Shown here: piece by piece, positions 11,059 through 22,800 of the stretch | Position numbering within the stretch: position 1 is the first letter of the stretch | Layout: each line of letters starts with the position of its first letter | NCBI RefSeq assembly: GCF_964204645.1 | Contig: NC_134028.1 | Coordinates: 18,235,653 to 18,299,652 of the forward strand | Length of the DNA: 64,000 nt | Direction: 5' to 3' | Source: Tubulanus polymorphus | Lineage: Eukaryota; Animalia; Nemertea | Notes under the pieces: model-generated | What the model was told of the DNA's origin: nothing | Seen by the model: only the letters and a program-made list of their open reading frames with translations | Database searches by the model: none | Translations under genes and position numbers: made by a program

Positions 11059-11264
11059 TTATTATACATATTTTTTTACTAAATTGATTTTAGAAGTTCA
11101 ATGATTTATATCATGCATTATTTCAATCACACTTTACTAACACTTTTAATGTTTAAAAATCTAACTCACACAAATATGAATATTGAAATAATGTTGTAAA
11201 TATATACTTTTGTATTGAATAATCTGTCAATTTAAATGTTATTCATGTATATGAATATTTTAAG

Positions 11265-11674
11265 AGTAATAGGGGTAATGGGCTTTCAGGTTAAAGGTTG
11301 AATGGTCGAGTTCATTAAAAACAAATATTAAAAGTAATTTAAAACTATAATATATTTTCATAACCGTGTGTATTTCAGTTGAATAATAGAATAATTATTA
11401 TTATTAAAATATATTTGATTATATGAATTTGTGTATTGTAAATAAATCAATTGGTCGCGGAGCGGAGCGGTAGCGAAGTGGAGCGACCAATTGATTTAAT
11501 ACAATATGCTTTTTAAATTTAAATTATTGATATCTTAGAATAAATATTTAGTTATAATATAAAATGCACACGGTTATGAAAATATATTATAGTTTTAAAT
11601 TACTTTTAATGTTTTGTTTTTTAATGAGCTCGACCGTTCGACCTTTGATCTGAAAGCCCATTACCCCTATTACT
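11265..11674. repeat. 410-bp imperfect terminal palindrome of the Polinton
   Basis: ~110-bp outer arms (AGTAATAGGGGTAATGGGCTTTCAG / CTGAAAGCCCATTACCCCTATTACT) and an inner 16-bp stem TAAATCAATTGGTCGC/GCGACCAATTGATTTA around a GA-rich loop. Confidence 0.92.
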
Positions 11675-14600
11675 GCTAACCTCATTTCTTCAAACATAAC
11701 TCTGCCTTCAGAATCATCCTCAAAGCCACTGCCCATCTCTGACTCTACTGCCGAATCTGGGTGATAGTCATCATCCTCACTGTCACTCCCAAAATCTGAT
11801 TCTTCTCCAATACAAATGGCTTTTGAGGTATTCGTAAGTTCTTCAGCAGGTCGCTTACATTGAATACCAATGTTTCGGGCTAAAACAGACCGATCACAGT
11901 AGTTGGATTTAAAAGATAGGGAGAATAGATGATATCATAAAAAACCCACTCTATGTTATAGTTTAAAACATTTAAAAGCATGATTTATCATTGAAAAAAT
12001 TTTAAAAAGGACAAACAATTGTGTATCTTATCAAAATTTTTTTGAGATAATTGTCTTGCTTCGTTATTTTCAAGCGCGTAGCTATCATCAGACCACATTT
12101 AATCATCACAGGAATAAAAATGAGATTAATACAAGATGTACCATCATACGATATAGACTGAATGAAAAATACTCACTCAATGCATTTTCCTGGATTCCAA
12201 CTGAACACCTGGCCTTAAATCGTGTTCTGTAGATAATTTTAGGCTTGATGCGGTACACAATTTAGGTCTTCACCTGTGCAGTTTCTTTCAGCATTTGCAT
12301 CCCTAGAAAAAATCATTAAATTACAAAAAAATTCAATGATTACAGTGATATATTCAAAACTGAATGACAATGATACACCATCCCATCATGAAAATCCCAC
12401 CTCGAGATTTACAATCCGGTTCAGCCTGCATAGCAAATTCTCTTGTCCTCTCGATCTCTGGTTTAATACAGGGTTCCGTATACACTTCCCCGCCTTGATC
12501 TTCACCAGGTTTTGCATAATCATCAACCAAATTTGGTTGAAGATTATACAGTGTGAATCGATGGCATGGCTCCTTGTTTCAGCAAAAATCTATTTCAAGC
12601 AACAGGCAACTGTTAATTCACAAAACTTCTGAAATATTCATTTTGTAAGTGTTTTTAGTGAAGTAAGGCACTCACAATAATGACAATAAAAGCCTATTGT
12701 ACAGTGCGCTGTGGCCTAGTAGTAGTTCAATGAAAAGATGTTTCTATTGCCAGACAATGTGAGCTGACCTTGTCACGACGTACCTACGTGAATTGTATTG
12801 ATCGTTCGCCTATTGGTTCATTTGAATTTGGCACTATTCTTTGTACTGAAATCCTATATATATGTGTGAAGTCCTGTAATAAAGGTTCACTTCATATTGG
12901 AAAACCAGTCGAGTTTATCTCTGCTTTCGAGTCGTTTTTGGGTCGTCAATGTCGACATTTTAGGATTCTGTCTTTCGTCTGGACAGAAGTTGGTCCCTCG
13001 AGCCGAGGGAATCATGGAACAAATGGAAAAATTGAAACAGTCAAGGAGAGCCCAAAGAGGGCAGGTTAAGAAATTACGTGGAAATTGCGAGAAACATTTG
13101 GAGGAAAAAAATGTGCCAAAAGGTATGTCAACCTTAAAGACTCTTTATTCTAAAATTGAATTGTTGGAATTGCCCGACAATCAAATTCTAGAATCCTCAG
13201 AATTATCAGGAGACGAATATGGTGATTTGGTAGCGGAATTCGATGATTATATATGCGAAAGGAAACAAGAGATCGATTTGCTTGAAATGGCATTCCAGGA
13301 ATTAGCTGTTCAAGAGAAAATCGGAGCGATTCGAACCGTGCTCAGAAATCCGCGAGAACTGCAAATCTACCAAAAATTAATAAACCGATATACGATGGTA
13401 ATTTACTCAATTGGCAAACGTTCATAGATTTGTTTAATACTTCCGTCCATAATCAGCCTTATCTATCAGATGAGAAATTCACGCATTTAAAATGTTATTT
13501 GTCGGGAGAGGCTAAGTCAGCTATCGAAGGGTTATCTCTAACCAAAGCAAACTACGGTATCGCTAGACAACTCATAGAGGAGCGTTTTGGGCAGCCTCAT
13601 AAGATTGCAGACGCGCATTTGCAAGTTCTTGCGAATTTGGAAAATCCAACTCCTGAGTTGAAATCGCTTCGTAAATTTCACGATAAGATCGAAATAAATA
13701 TTAGAGCTCTGAGTTCTTTAGGCCATCAGCCTGAAAGTTATGGCGCCTTACTCGTACCGGTCATCATTTCGAAATTACCACAGATCGTCAAATTGAATAT
13801 TTTGCGCAACCATGGCAATTGTGAGTGGGTTTTGGATTAATTGCGTGCCGCTATACTTAGTGAAATTCATATTTTAGAATCTTGTGGAAGTTCGTTTTCT
13901 TCGCCAGTGTATGTCGGCACCGGAAACGAGTTCGTGAAAACAACTGAAGATTTTGTTACGCTTCACACTCGACAGTTCGCGTCCGGTGGTCATTCACGCC
14001 CTGCAAGAAAGTGCTTGTTTTGCCAATCCGATACGCATTACGCAACGGAGTGTGATATTATCACATCTAGAGATGCTTGTCTTAGCATTATCGGAAACTT
14101 GCGTTTGTGTTTCAATTGCCTTGGGAAACACAAGGCAAGCGACTGCACTTCGAAGTCGCGGTTTAGAGCCTGCAAAAAGAAGCACCATTCTAGTCTTTGT
14201 GGTGCGACCTTCACACGTCGAAAAGTCAACGTTGTAGTCAACACCGGTCAACATAATGCGGGAATTGCACTCAATTCTGCACGTTCGAGTTCTGTCAGCA
14301 ACGCGGTCGTCGCTGAATCGACCGAGAATTCAACCGAGAATTCATATTCTACAACAAAATGAGATCAGCACTCGTGCGCCTGCTGTTAAAAGCCTCTATT
14401 CGAGAGTCACAACAGAACACGCTACAGTTCTTCTCAAAAAACTGCTATAAGTCTCTATTCGAGAGTCACAACAGAACACGCTACAGTTCTTCTGAAAACT
14501 GCTATGGCTTCTATAGATCATAACAGTAATAGATTGTCACTATTTTTATTGTTAGATGATGGTTCACAGCGTACTTTTGTAACGCAAAGTTTGATTGACG

Positions 14601-16800
14601 AATTAGGTATTAAACCTCATAGAAAGGAGACCATAAACTTAGCCTGTTTTGGGGCCACAACTCCTAGCAGTCGCGAGTTAGACTGTGTTTATTTAGATAT
14701 TAATTGTAATAACGGTCAACTTTCTATTGAGGCATTGGTAGTTCCAACCATTACGCAACCGTTATCTATTCCATGCAGGGCTACAGCCAATATTCCTGAA
14801 TTCAAAACGTTACAACTAGCTTGTCCGTTGTATGAAGATAACGTTCAGATTGTTAGTGTATCTCTTAATTGGATCAGACTACTATTACAATTTTGTTAAT
14901 TCCGATCTACCAACGATCAAGTCTAAAAGTCGTCCTATAGCGGTACCTACGTCATTAGGTTACATGATTACAGGTCCCATGTATCAGAGAAATTGTATCA
15001 GTAATCAAACAACATCAATCTTGCATGTTCTTGCTGAAGCTGATTCCTTGGACTTAAAAAACTATTGGTCTTTAGAAAACATTGGTATTGAGTCTCCTAT
15101 CGCTGATTCAAAATCATCTTTTTTGGAAGAATATTTTGCGAATTCCATTTCCAAGATAGAGGGGATTTATTATGCCAGACTTCCGTGGAAAGTTAACCAC
15201 AGTCCCTTGCCTAGCAATTACCGGATAGCAATGTGTAGAACTAGAAGTTTAGTGCGTAGACTAGGGAACACACCAAATTTACTAGAGAAATATCACAGAT
15301 TTATAAAATACCAATTGGAAAGGGAATTCATAGAAAAAGTACCCGAACCATACATGATCAGGGGAAAAGAGCATTATATTCCACATCACACGGTCTTTAG
15401 ACAGTTGGCTACGACCCCAATTCATATCGTATTTGACTGTAGCTGCCGGCAGTCTAAAGATTCGCTTAGTTTGAACGATTGTCTGGAGTCGGGTCCAGCA
15501 CTGTTCAATGATATAACTTCTATTATCCGCCTGTTCAAATATGGGGTTATAACCGATATAAAAAAACCTTTTTTACGTGTCGGTCTACATCCTGATGATC
15601 GCCATGTAACCCGGTTCTTTTGGTTAAGTGACCCCACGAACCAAGATAGCGCATTCGACGTCTATAGGTTTGAAGGGTATTATTTGGTGCATCGTGCTCC
15701 CCTTTTATGCTAAACAGCACACTACTTTTTCTTTTGACTCACACTGATGGGTTATTTTTTTATCAGATAGCACGTGATTGTTACATGGATAATGTAGTTA
15801 CAAGTCTCAACAATGAGCGAGATTTAGCCTTATTTTACGAATCATGCAGATCTTTAAAAGCCGATGCTAATTTTAACTTCAGAAGTTGGACTTCTAATTC
15901 TCAGGTACTTAAACAATTAGGTACGTGCTACGAGATTTGTGACGATTCTAAACTCGTTAAGGTCTTAGGGTTAATATGGAACCCCGAATCTGATACTCTG
16001 AGTTTTTCTGACCGTCGTATTTCAAACGAGTGTCCTATCACGAAACGTCATATCTTGCAAAGGTCAGCTTCAATTTTTGATCCCCTAGACCTAGAAGGCA
16101 TGGTTTCACAATCACGCTTAGCAAACAAAAGTTAAGCGGCATTTTGACATAAAAAAATGGATACTGCGCTTGGAAAAATAAATTTTATTGATTTGAATTG
16201 GACTTGAAAAATGCGACCTTTTTAACAGTGATTTTCAAGCCCTTACAACAATAATTCTTAAACCATGTCTCAAATAAATGTTAAGATGACTGAATGAAAC
16301 TTACCTCTTTGCAAATTGTGCATCATACTGCATTTTATCAACGAAATCATCGTTGGTAAAATGCCGGTAACACACGACGCTGTACAACGTTGGGCCCCTC
16401 CAATTCAATCGCTTTAAACCTACAATAGAAGCCCATTTTTCTCGAAGAACAGGATTCTTCGGAAAAAGAAATATTCACCCATCCGAATAATCGCACCCAA
16501 AGACAACGATTTGGTATTGAGAAAAAGCAGTGAAAACACGCCGAGTAGTAAAAATGCAAAGTTATCTCATAGAAGAGAATTTTCAGTGCTGCCTTTATTG
16601 ACGTCACAGCGCCGGAGATTGACGGAAATTGCCGATGATTTCTAACGCCATGTATACAACGAAATGAGTTCAAAAATTGTCTTACAAAATCATGATTTTC
16701 GTGGAAACTACACATCTTTGAACATTACTATATCAAAATCTTCCTTAGTTCGATAGAACTTATCGAATTTTGATGTAAAAATGAAAATGTCAGTTACCCT
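11675..16800 (-). mobile_element. Degenerate THAP-domain DNA transposon (Kolobok-like), interrupted by the BEL element and the Polinton
   Basis: Minus-strand terminus TTAA|AGGG at 16804-16797; spliced THAP remnants VCYRHFTNDDF...FAKR|gtaag (~16305-16510) joined to ag|FLLKQGAMPSIH (~12590); acidic exon RNIGIQC...SDSEDDDYHPDS running up to the Polinton end. Confidence 0.6.
12771..16087 (+). mobile_element. BEL/Pao LTR retrotransposon, 3'-truncated and pseudogenised
   Basis: 5' LTR TG...CA at 12771-12985; PBS TGGTCCCTCGAGCCG at 12991 (tRNA-Tyr-like); gag (DUF1759-like, Cys/His knuckles), protease LLDDGSQRTF, RT with YMDN, ends at IFDPL; 60-bp tandem duplication near 14389-14505. Confidence 0.9.
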
Positions 16801-16866
16801 TTAAAGCTTTTTTAGATATTTAGACCCATGAGGGTAGTAACCGTAATAGATGTTGTTTCTCTTCAG

Positions 16867-19800
16867 CTACCGTCTTAGTGTCATTGTTCCCTCCCACTGA
16901 TGACTACCCATACTTCAACAGTCCCTGGACTTTGGCGAATCCAACAATTACAATAAACATGCCCGAAGAGGAACCGATTGCACCTAGAGAAACCCTTGTA
17001 ACTACTCTAGTAGCTCGAGATGCAATTACAAATCAGAAACTGTCAAACTACACAGTTGTACCAGATTCTAATGCTGATGGATATTTCCGGTTAGATAGGC
17101 TAAATGGTAAATTTTTGACTATTATGATAAGCATTATATTCTTAATCTCATTATGAATTGTCCCATTCTTTATAATTTGATCTCTTTATTTCAGCATCTG
17201 GATTCTGTAAGAATTTAACCATAGTTTGTTTCTCTTTGTATGCAATAGAACTTTCGTTTTTCTGTCTTGTTTTTGTGTGTGGGTTTCAGCATAGACGTTG
17301 TTGATGCAGTGATGTTCTTTGCTTGAAGTGCTTATTTCTTCTAAATGGTAGATTATATTTAATCATCGTTTAGAATAAGTATAGGAACATTGATTTCTTT
17401 TTGTTTGCAGGTCACGTATATTTGAATAAACGTGTGGACTACGAGACTTTAAGTAAGAAATCCATTGGCTTTGAGGTAGAAGTTAATACCATAAGAACTC
17501 CAGTGCGAACATCAAAAGCTTACATTGTTTTGCAAGTTCAGGATTTGAATGATAACAATCCTCAGTTCTATCGTCCAAATGTGAGTCATCATGTAATGTT
17601 GTGTCTCCTGTAATCGCAACCTCACATTAACTTTAAAGACCAAGTAGGACTTGATTTGTCAAAATGCTTATGATCTTGATCTTATTCAATAGTAACTTAA
17701 CCCCACTACCGTAGGCGTAATAGAAAAAGGAATTCACCTTTTGACCTTAATTCGCGCACCTGCGAGCACCTGGGGAGCACCTGTGGATGGCAGGTCGTTC
17801 ACGTTAGCATTATCGTTGACTGGTCTTTTTTGCAATATACCCGCTAAAGTCGATTAATTTTTCTATCAATTGATAAATAAGCCATATATTTTCTATCAAA
17901 ATGATAAAATAATTGAAAAACAATTTATTTGCATAAGAAAATAAACACGACACTACGTCGTCAACCGGTCGCATGTAGAAAAACATGTCAGTCAGCTGAT
18001 TAGAAGTGTGTTAATTTCGCAAAGTTCTTGGCACAGTAATAGCTTTCAACCCGGTTCCACCAAGTAATTCACATATATTCTATAAGAGAACATCAATAAC
18101 TAAAGATGGGGCCAACGATGAAAGGTGAGTTTCCGTATTTAGGCTTCAAAAAATTAAAAATTTCATGTGCAATAGTGATGTGCGCCGTCAATTCAAATCA
18201 ATCAATTCGACTTCCAATTAAAGTATCAATCGACAGCCACCTCAAACCGCATCATAAGTCGGCCAAGGGAATCTTGGCTGTGGTTTGGGTTGTCTATAAG
18301 CCCATTATGACATCAAAAAAGATAAGAATCATAGAACGATTAAGAGTTAAAAGGCCTTAACATCTAGTTTCCTGACTGGAGAGTATCTAGGGTAGTTTTA
18401 CAAGACTATGAATGATTTCAGATATATCCTTTCATTTCAGTTGATTGATGATCCTTACTTCATTGAAGTATAGAGCAAAAGTCTGTTGACGATAAGCAAA
18501 TTTGGATGATAAGATTGTCAATAACTACGTTTAGCATCAACGTTACTAGTAAGTGCCATCTAGAATGCTGGGCTGTCGGCCTTTCATTGTTGCCGCCTTG
18601 ACTTATAAAATCCTGATTCGAAATAGATTGATTTGGGGCATAGTGCATCATTTGAAAAAAGATTTGAAATTCATGACATATTTTCACACAGTTAATGTGT
18701 CCGTTCACTTCTGTACACATATTCACGTTTCAGGATCTCATATGTCTTTTTGCTGATCAATTTTTAGAGATTTATAGAAAAGCTTACCACATATTTCAAG
18801 GTAATTGAAAAAAAAAAATATCAAAATTTCACATGTATGGAGAAACAGGTGATTTACTCAAATACTTCAAGTAACATCAAAATTATTCGGCATTCTTTTT
18901 TATACGATTTACATTTATTTTACAGAGATTCCATCAGAGTTTCCATTGGAAAACCATTGCAACTGCATCTACGTGGAACAGACACCAGTTGCTCTAATGT
19001 TTTCGTTGAATACAGGGCCTGGTTTTGGAAAAGACTTACAGTCTTTACATTGCTCCCTTGTAAATAGAACAATTTTGTAATTTTGTAGGGCAAAATAGAT
19101 ATTCTCGTACACGTATACACTATCTATGGTTATTCTGGTTTTGTATTTTCACTCCAGGCTAGTCTGTGTTCCTCTTGAATCGGCGAAAAAGTGGATCTGC
19201 TTACTGGGGTGGGGGTGGGGGATCATTTATCCTATGAAATTGTTCCAGTTTGTATTAAAGAATATCAGGATCGAATGAATCGAATCATGTTGCAGCCATT
19301 TTTGGCCCTGTCACAAAAAATTCAGTAGCTTACGTGATTTCCTGGATCTGGGTGCCGACACATTTGCTATGCAGTTGAATTTGCCTTTTCCTTCAATTGT
19401 TACATGAAAACTGTTCACTTTGCATGATTACCTGCATTTTGACCTCGGTAGTAAAGTGCTGCTGTACTTCTGGATGCGACTTACTGCCTTTGCATCATGC
19501 ATACTTCATACTGTGGTATGAAAAAATATTTCCACTAATGGCTATCCACCTGTTTCATCCGCTAAAGGTAAGAACCACCCTGTATTGACTCAAGTTTTTA
19601 CTTTTTTCAGGGATATTCATTTGAAATATCAGAACTGATGAGATTCCCAGCTCAGGTTGGGCAGGTGTTCGCAAATGATTTGGATAGCGGTAGCTTTGGA
19701 ACTGTTAGATATTCACTAAGTGGTAGTGGCCATCAAGCTTTTACAATTGATCCCATCATGGTAAGCTATATATGATATGATAAGCTTTTCTTTGTTACTT

Positions 19801-22800
19801 CATTTTTGAAAAATTTCTTTCCGAGTTAAGTACGCAGTCTCAAATGTTTTGTGACTTTCTCAAAATGAATAAAAAATGGAACTAATTTCTAGTCCCCAAA
19901 TCCTCAAAAACAACTTGAAACATACCGACTATGCCATAAAATCAACCTATTATCAGCCCCATTTGTGCTATTGTCTTTAGAATACATAATACTTAATAAA
20001 TAATAATTTGGCTTCAGAATACATAATACCTTCACATTTACAGATTACATTACGTTAGTAATTATATAGAATTCCGAGCTGCGTCTTCCTTGATTATCAC
20101 CAAATGACGGGACCGATATATTAGTAATAGTAATAGTTATTTGTGGTAATGTATTGGGTTCGAACTGCAGCCTGGCTTCCGGGAGTTGAACCTTCTAACC
20201 ACTCACCTGCTGCACTCATTCAATTATTATAAACATTGACAGCAGAGAAATATTCCTCCTAAGGTGTTTCGTGTCGTCTGTGATGGGGAACAGACCCATA
20301 AAACCAGAACTATAACGACTTCTTAGATGCAACGGGACTTTATTAATCAGCCATCTTAGAGTACACACTATAGTCCGGATACGGACTCAGGATAAATCAC
20401 GGAACATCTCCCTCTTTATATGAATTTATTTATTTATTTTTTTTAATGTTTGTTTTTGAATACTTATACTAATTCACGACTAAAAACCACCACCATTATA
20501 GTCTGATTGTCTAATTAAAGTTCCTTTGATTTATGCTGTGCTTATAATGACACTTTATTTTGAGGCTTGACCACCCGACCAGCATGCTTGACATAAGAAG
20601 ACGGCTGTGGATCGGTGACCACAGGTAACGACGCAGACGGAGGAGGAGGTATGTCATCTGCCTTTGACGGGACCAGCGGTTGGTCAACAATGGTCTTATC
20701 ATTCGCAACGGAAATTCCGGGAGATGCCATCGGAGGATCGGTACCACTTCTACTTGGAGCTTCGCGGACTCCATGTGGTTTCAATCGCAACTGTTGCCTA
20801 TTTCGTCGCAAACGCGTACCATTGGGTGTTTGAATCTCAAATGTTCTCTCTTTCAACCGTTTCACAACACTAGCGGGTTGCCACGCTCTGTCGCCATGTT
20901 GTGTTGGTTGCACGCGCACTACGTCTCCACGTTGAAGGGGTTTTAACTCTTTCCGATTAGCATACAATCTGGCAGCCGTTTCTATTTTCATATGTTGTTT
21001 CTTTCGGATCTCCCCCTCAATGGAGGATGCAGAATTCGGTTTAGGGAATTTGGCTGTGGTGGGTATTTGAGTCTTAGTGCGACGTCCGAAGAGTATCTGC
21101 GCCAGGCTACTCTTCAATCCTTCGGACGGAGTACTTTGCACATTAAGAAGACCAATGTAGGGGTCTTCATTACACAGAAACGACTTACGCATTAACCGTT
21201 TAGCTTGTTTTACGGCAGCTTCCGAAACTCCATTAGCTTTGGAATTTCCGGGACTCGAGAACTCATGTGAGAATCCCCAACTTTTCCCAAAGGTTTTAAA
21301 CTCTGAGGAAGTATATTGAGGACCACCATCACTCACAAATGTGTCTAGTATTCCGTGCAAAGTGATGCTTGATCTTGGCGATAACAGTCTTGGCATCAGT
21401 CAACGGGAGATAATCAAGTTCAAAGAAACCGCTCACTAGATAATGTCTATCTTTATAAATGAAAAGGTCCGAACCGACCTTTTGTCATGGCCTGCAAGGA
21501 ACATCATGCATATACAACCGTTCTTCCGGTTGACGGCCAGCGTAGGTAGAACATGTGCTTCATGATTCGATGAACTGTCAGACTTCTGCAGACATCCTTG
21601 GCCAGTATATCAACTCCCTAGCGCGACGAAGACAGGAGTTGATGCCAAGATGTCCAGCGTGTAACAGATCTTTCATCTCTGCGCGCATGCTTTTTGGGAT
21701 TACGACCCTTTCACCACGCAACACTATTCCATCTTGGACAGTGTATTCATCCCGACAGTGATAGTACGGGACTAGATCCGCCGATAGATTGACCTTCGAA
21801 TCAGGCCAACCCTTGATAACGGTCTGTTTTAACGAGGTAAGGGTCTCATCCAGCGCAGTAGCATCCCTTATCTGTTGCAAGCGATCTGGCTTGATTGGTG
21901 AGAAGTTAATCAAGTTCACAGATACGAGTTCATGATCCGGTTTCTCGGAGCAGCAAGGCCTGTAGTCGTTTTGGATCCTTATGAAGTGGTTTGTCTACTA
22001 TCGCAACGAGTGGTTTGTGATCGGTCACAATATCGATATCACGTCCGTACGTGTAGTGATGGAATTTCTCTAAACCGTAGACGATCACGAGCATCTCTTT
22101 TTCGATTTGTGCCCATCGAGTTTCGGTGTCAGCTAGGGCACGACTCGCGTACGCAACAGGACGATCACCCTGTATTAACACTGATCCAATCCCGTATTCA
22201 GATGCGTCATTTTCGAGTATCAGTTCCTTATTAGGATCATACATGGCTAACACAGGCGTTTCGGATATCAATCCTTTCACCTTTTCAAAAGATTCGATTT
22301 GCGACTGAGACCATACGAACGGCACATCCTTCTTTAGTAGGTTTCGCAAAGGAAAGGTCAGGGAGTTCAGATTCGGTATAAAACGAGTCAGGTAGTTAGC
22401 GATACCGAGAAAACGGCAGAGTTCTTCAACATTGTTTGGAGTGTTGATTTCTTTCACGGCACGAGTATTTCCGTCGAGTACAGTTCCCTTTCCTATGGTT
22501 TTTGCTAATATTTTCTAAATTTGGATTGATCGCCAATGGTTTTTCTATACGACCCGGCCCTGCGGTATTGCATTTAGCCACCGGTTCGTATCGAGGCAAG
22601 GGGAAGGCTCCAAAAAGGGGCTCTTCCTTTGGGAAAAACTCGAAATGAATTCTTGGGACCAGTGGGAGGTTGTCTGCAGCAGGCAGCAACCCATTGGTCC
22701 GACCTTTTTGGAGACGGTTGGCCCTCCCGGGTCGTCTCTCGTGGCTACCGTCTCCTTTTCCTAAGGCGACCGTGCCTGATGAGGTCACCTCCTGACATGC

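Larger units (their letters stand above)
1..11674. mobile_element. Endogenous Polinton/Maverick-like (adintovirus-like) virus, right-hand portion; left part (expected pPolB) is outside the window
   Basis: Very AT-rich, gene-dense and intronless. Encodes rve integrase, A32-like packaging ATPase and capsid-like proteins. Ends in ...CCCCTATTACT (reverse complement AGTAATAGGGG, the AGT-type Polinton terminus), after which composition changes abruptly. Confidence 0.92.

Noticed and set aside
14389-14505. 60-bp tandem duplication in the BEL gag-pro junction as a recoding signal
   Set aside because: Looks like a post-insertion slippage duplication in an element that already has many stops and frameshifts
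20150-20210. tRNA-like box B sequence (similar ones near 32385 and 62045)
   Set aside because: No complete cloverleaf; best read as SINE heads, too degenerate to delimit
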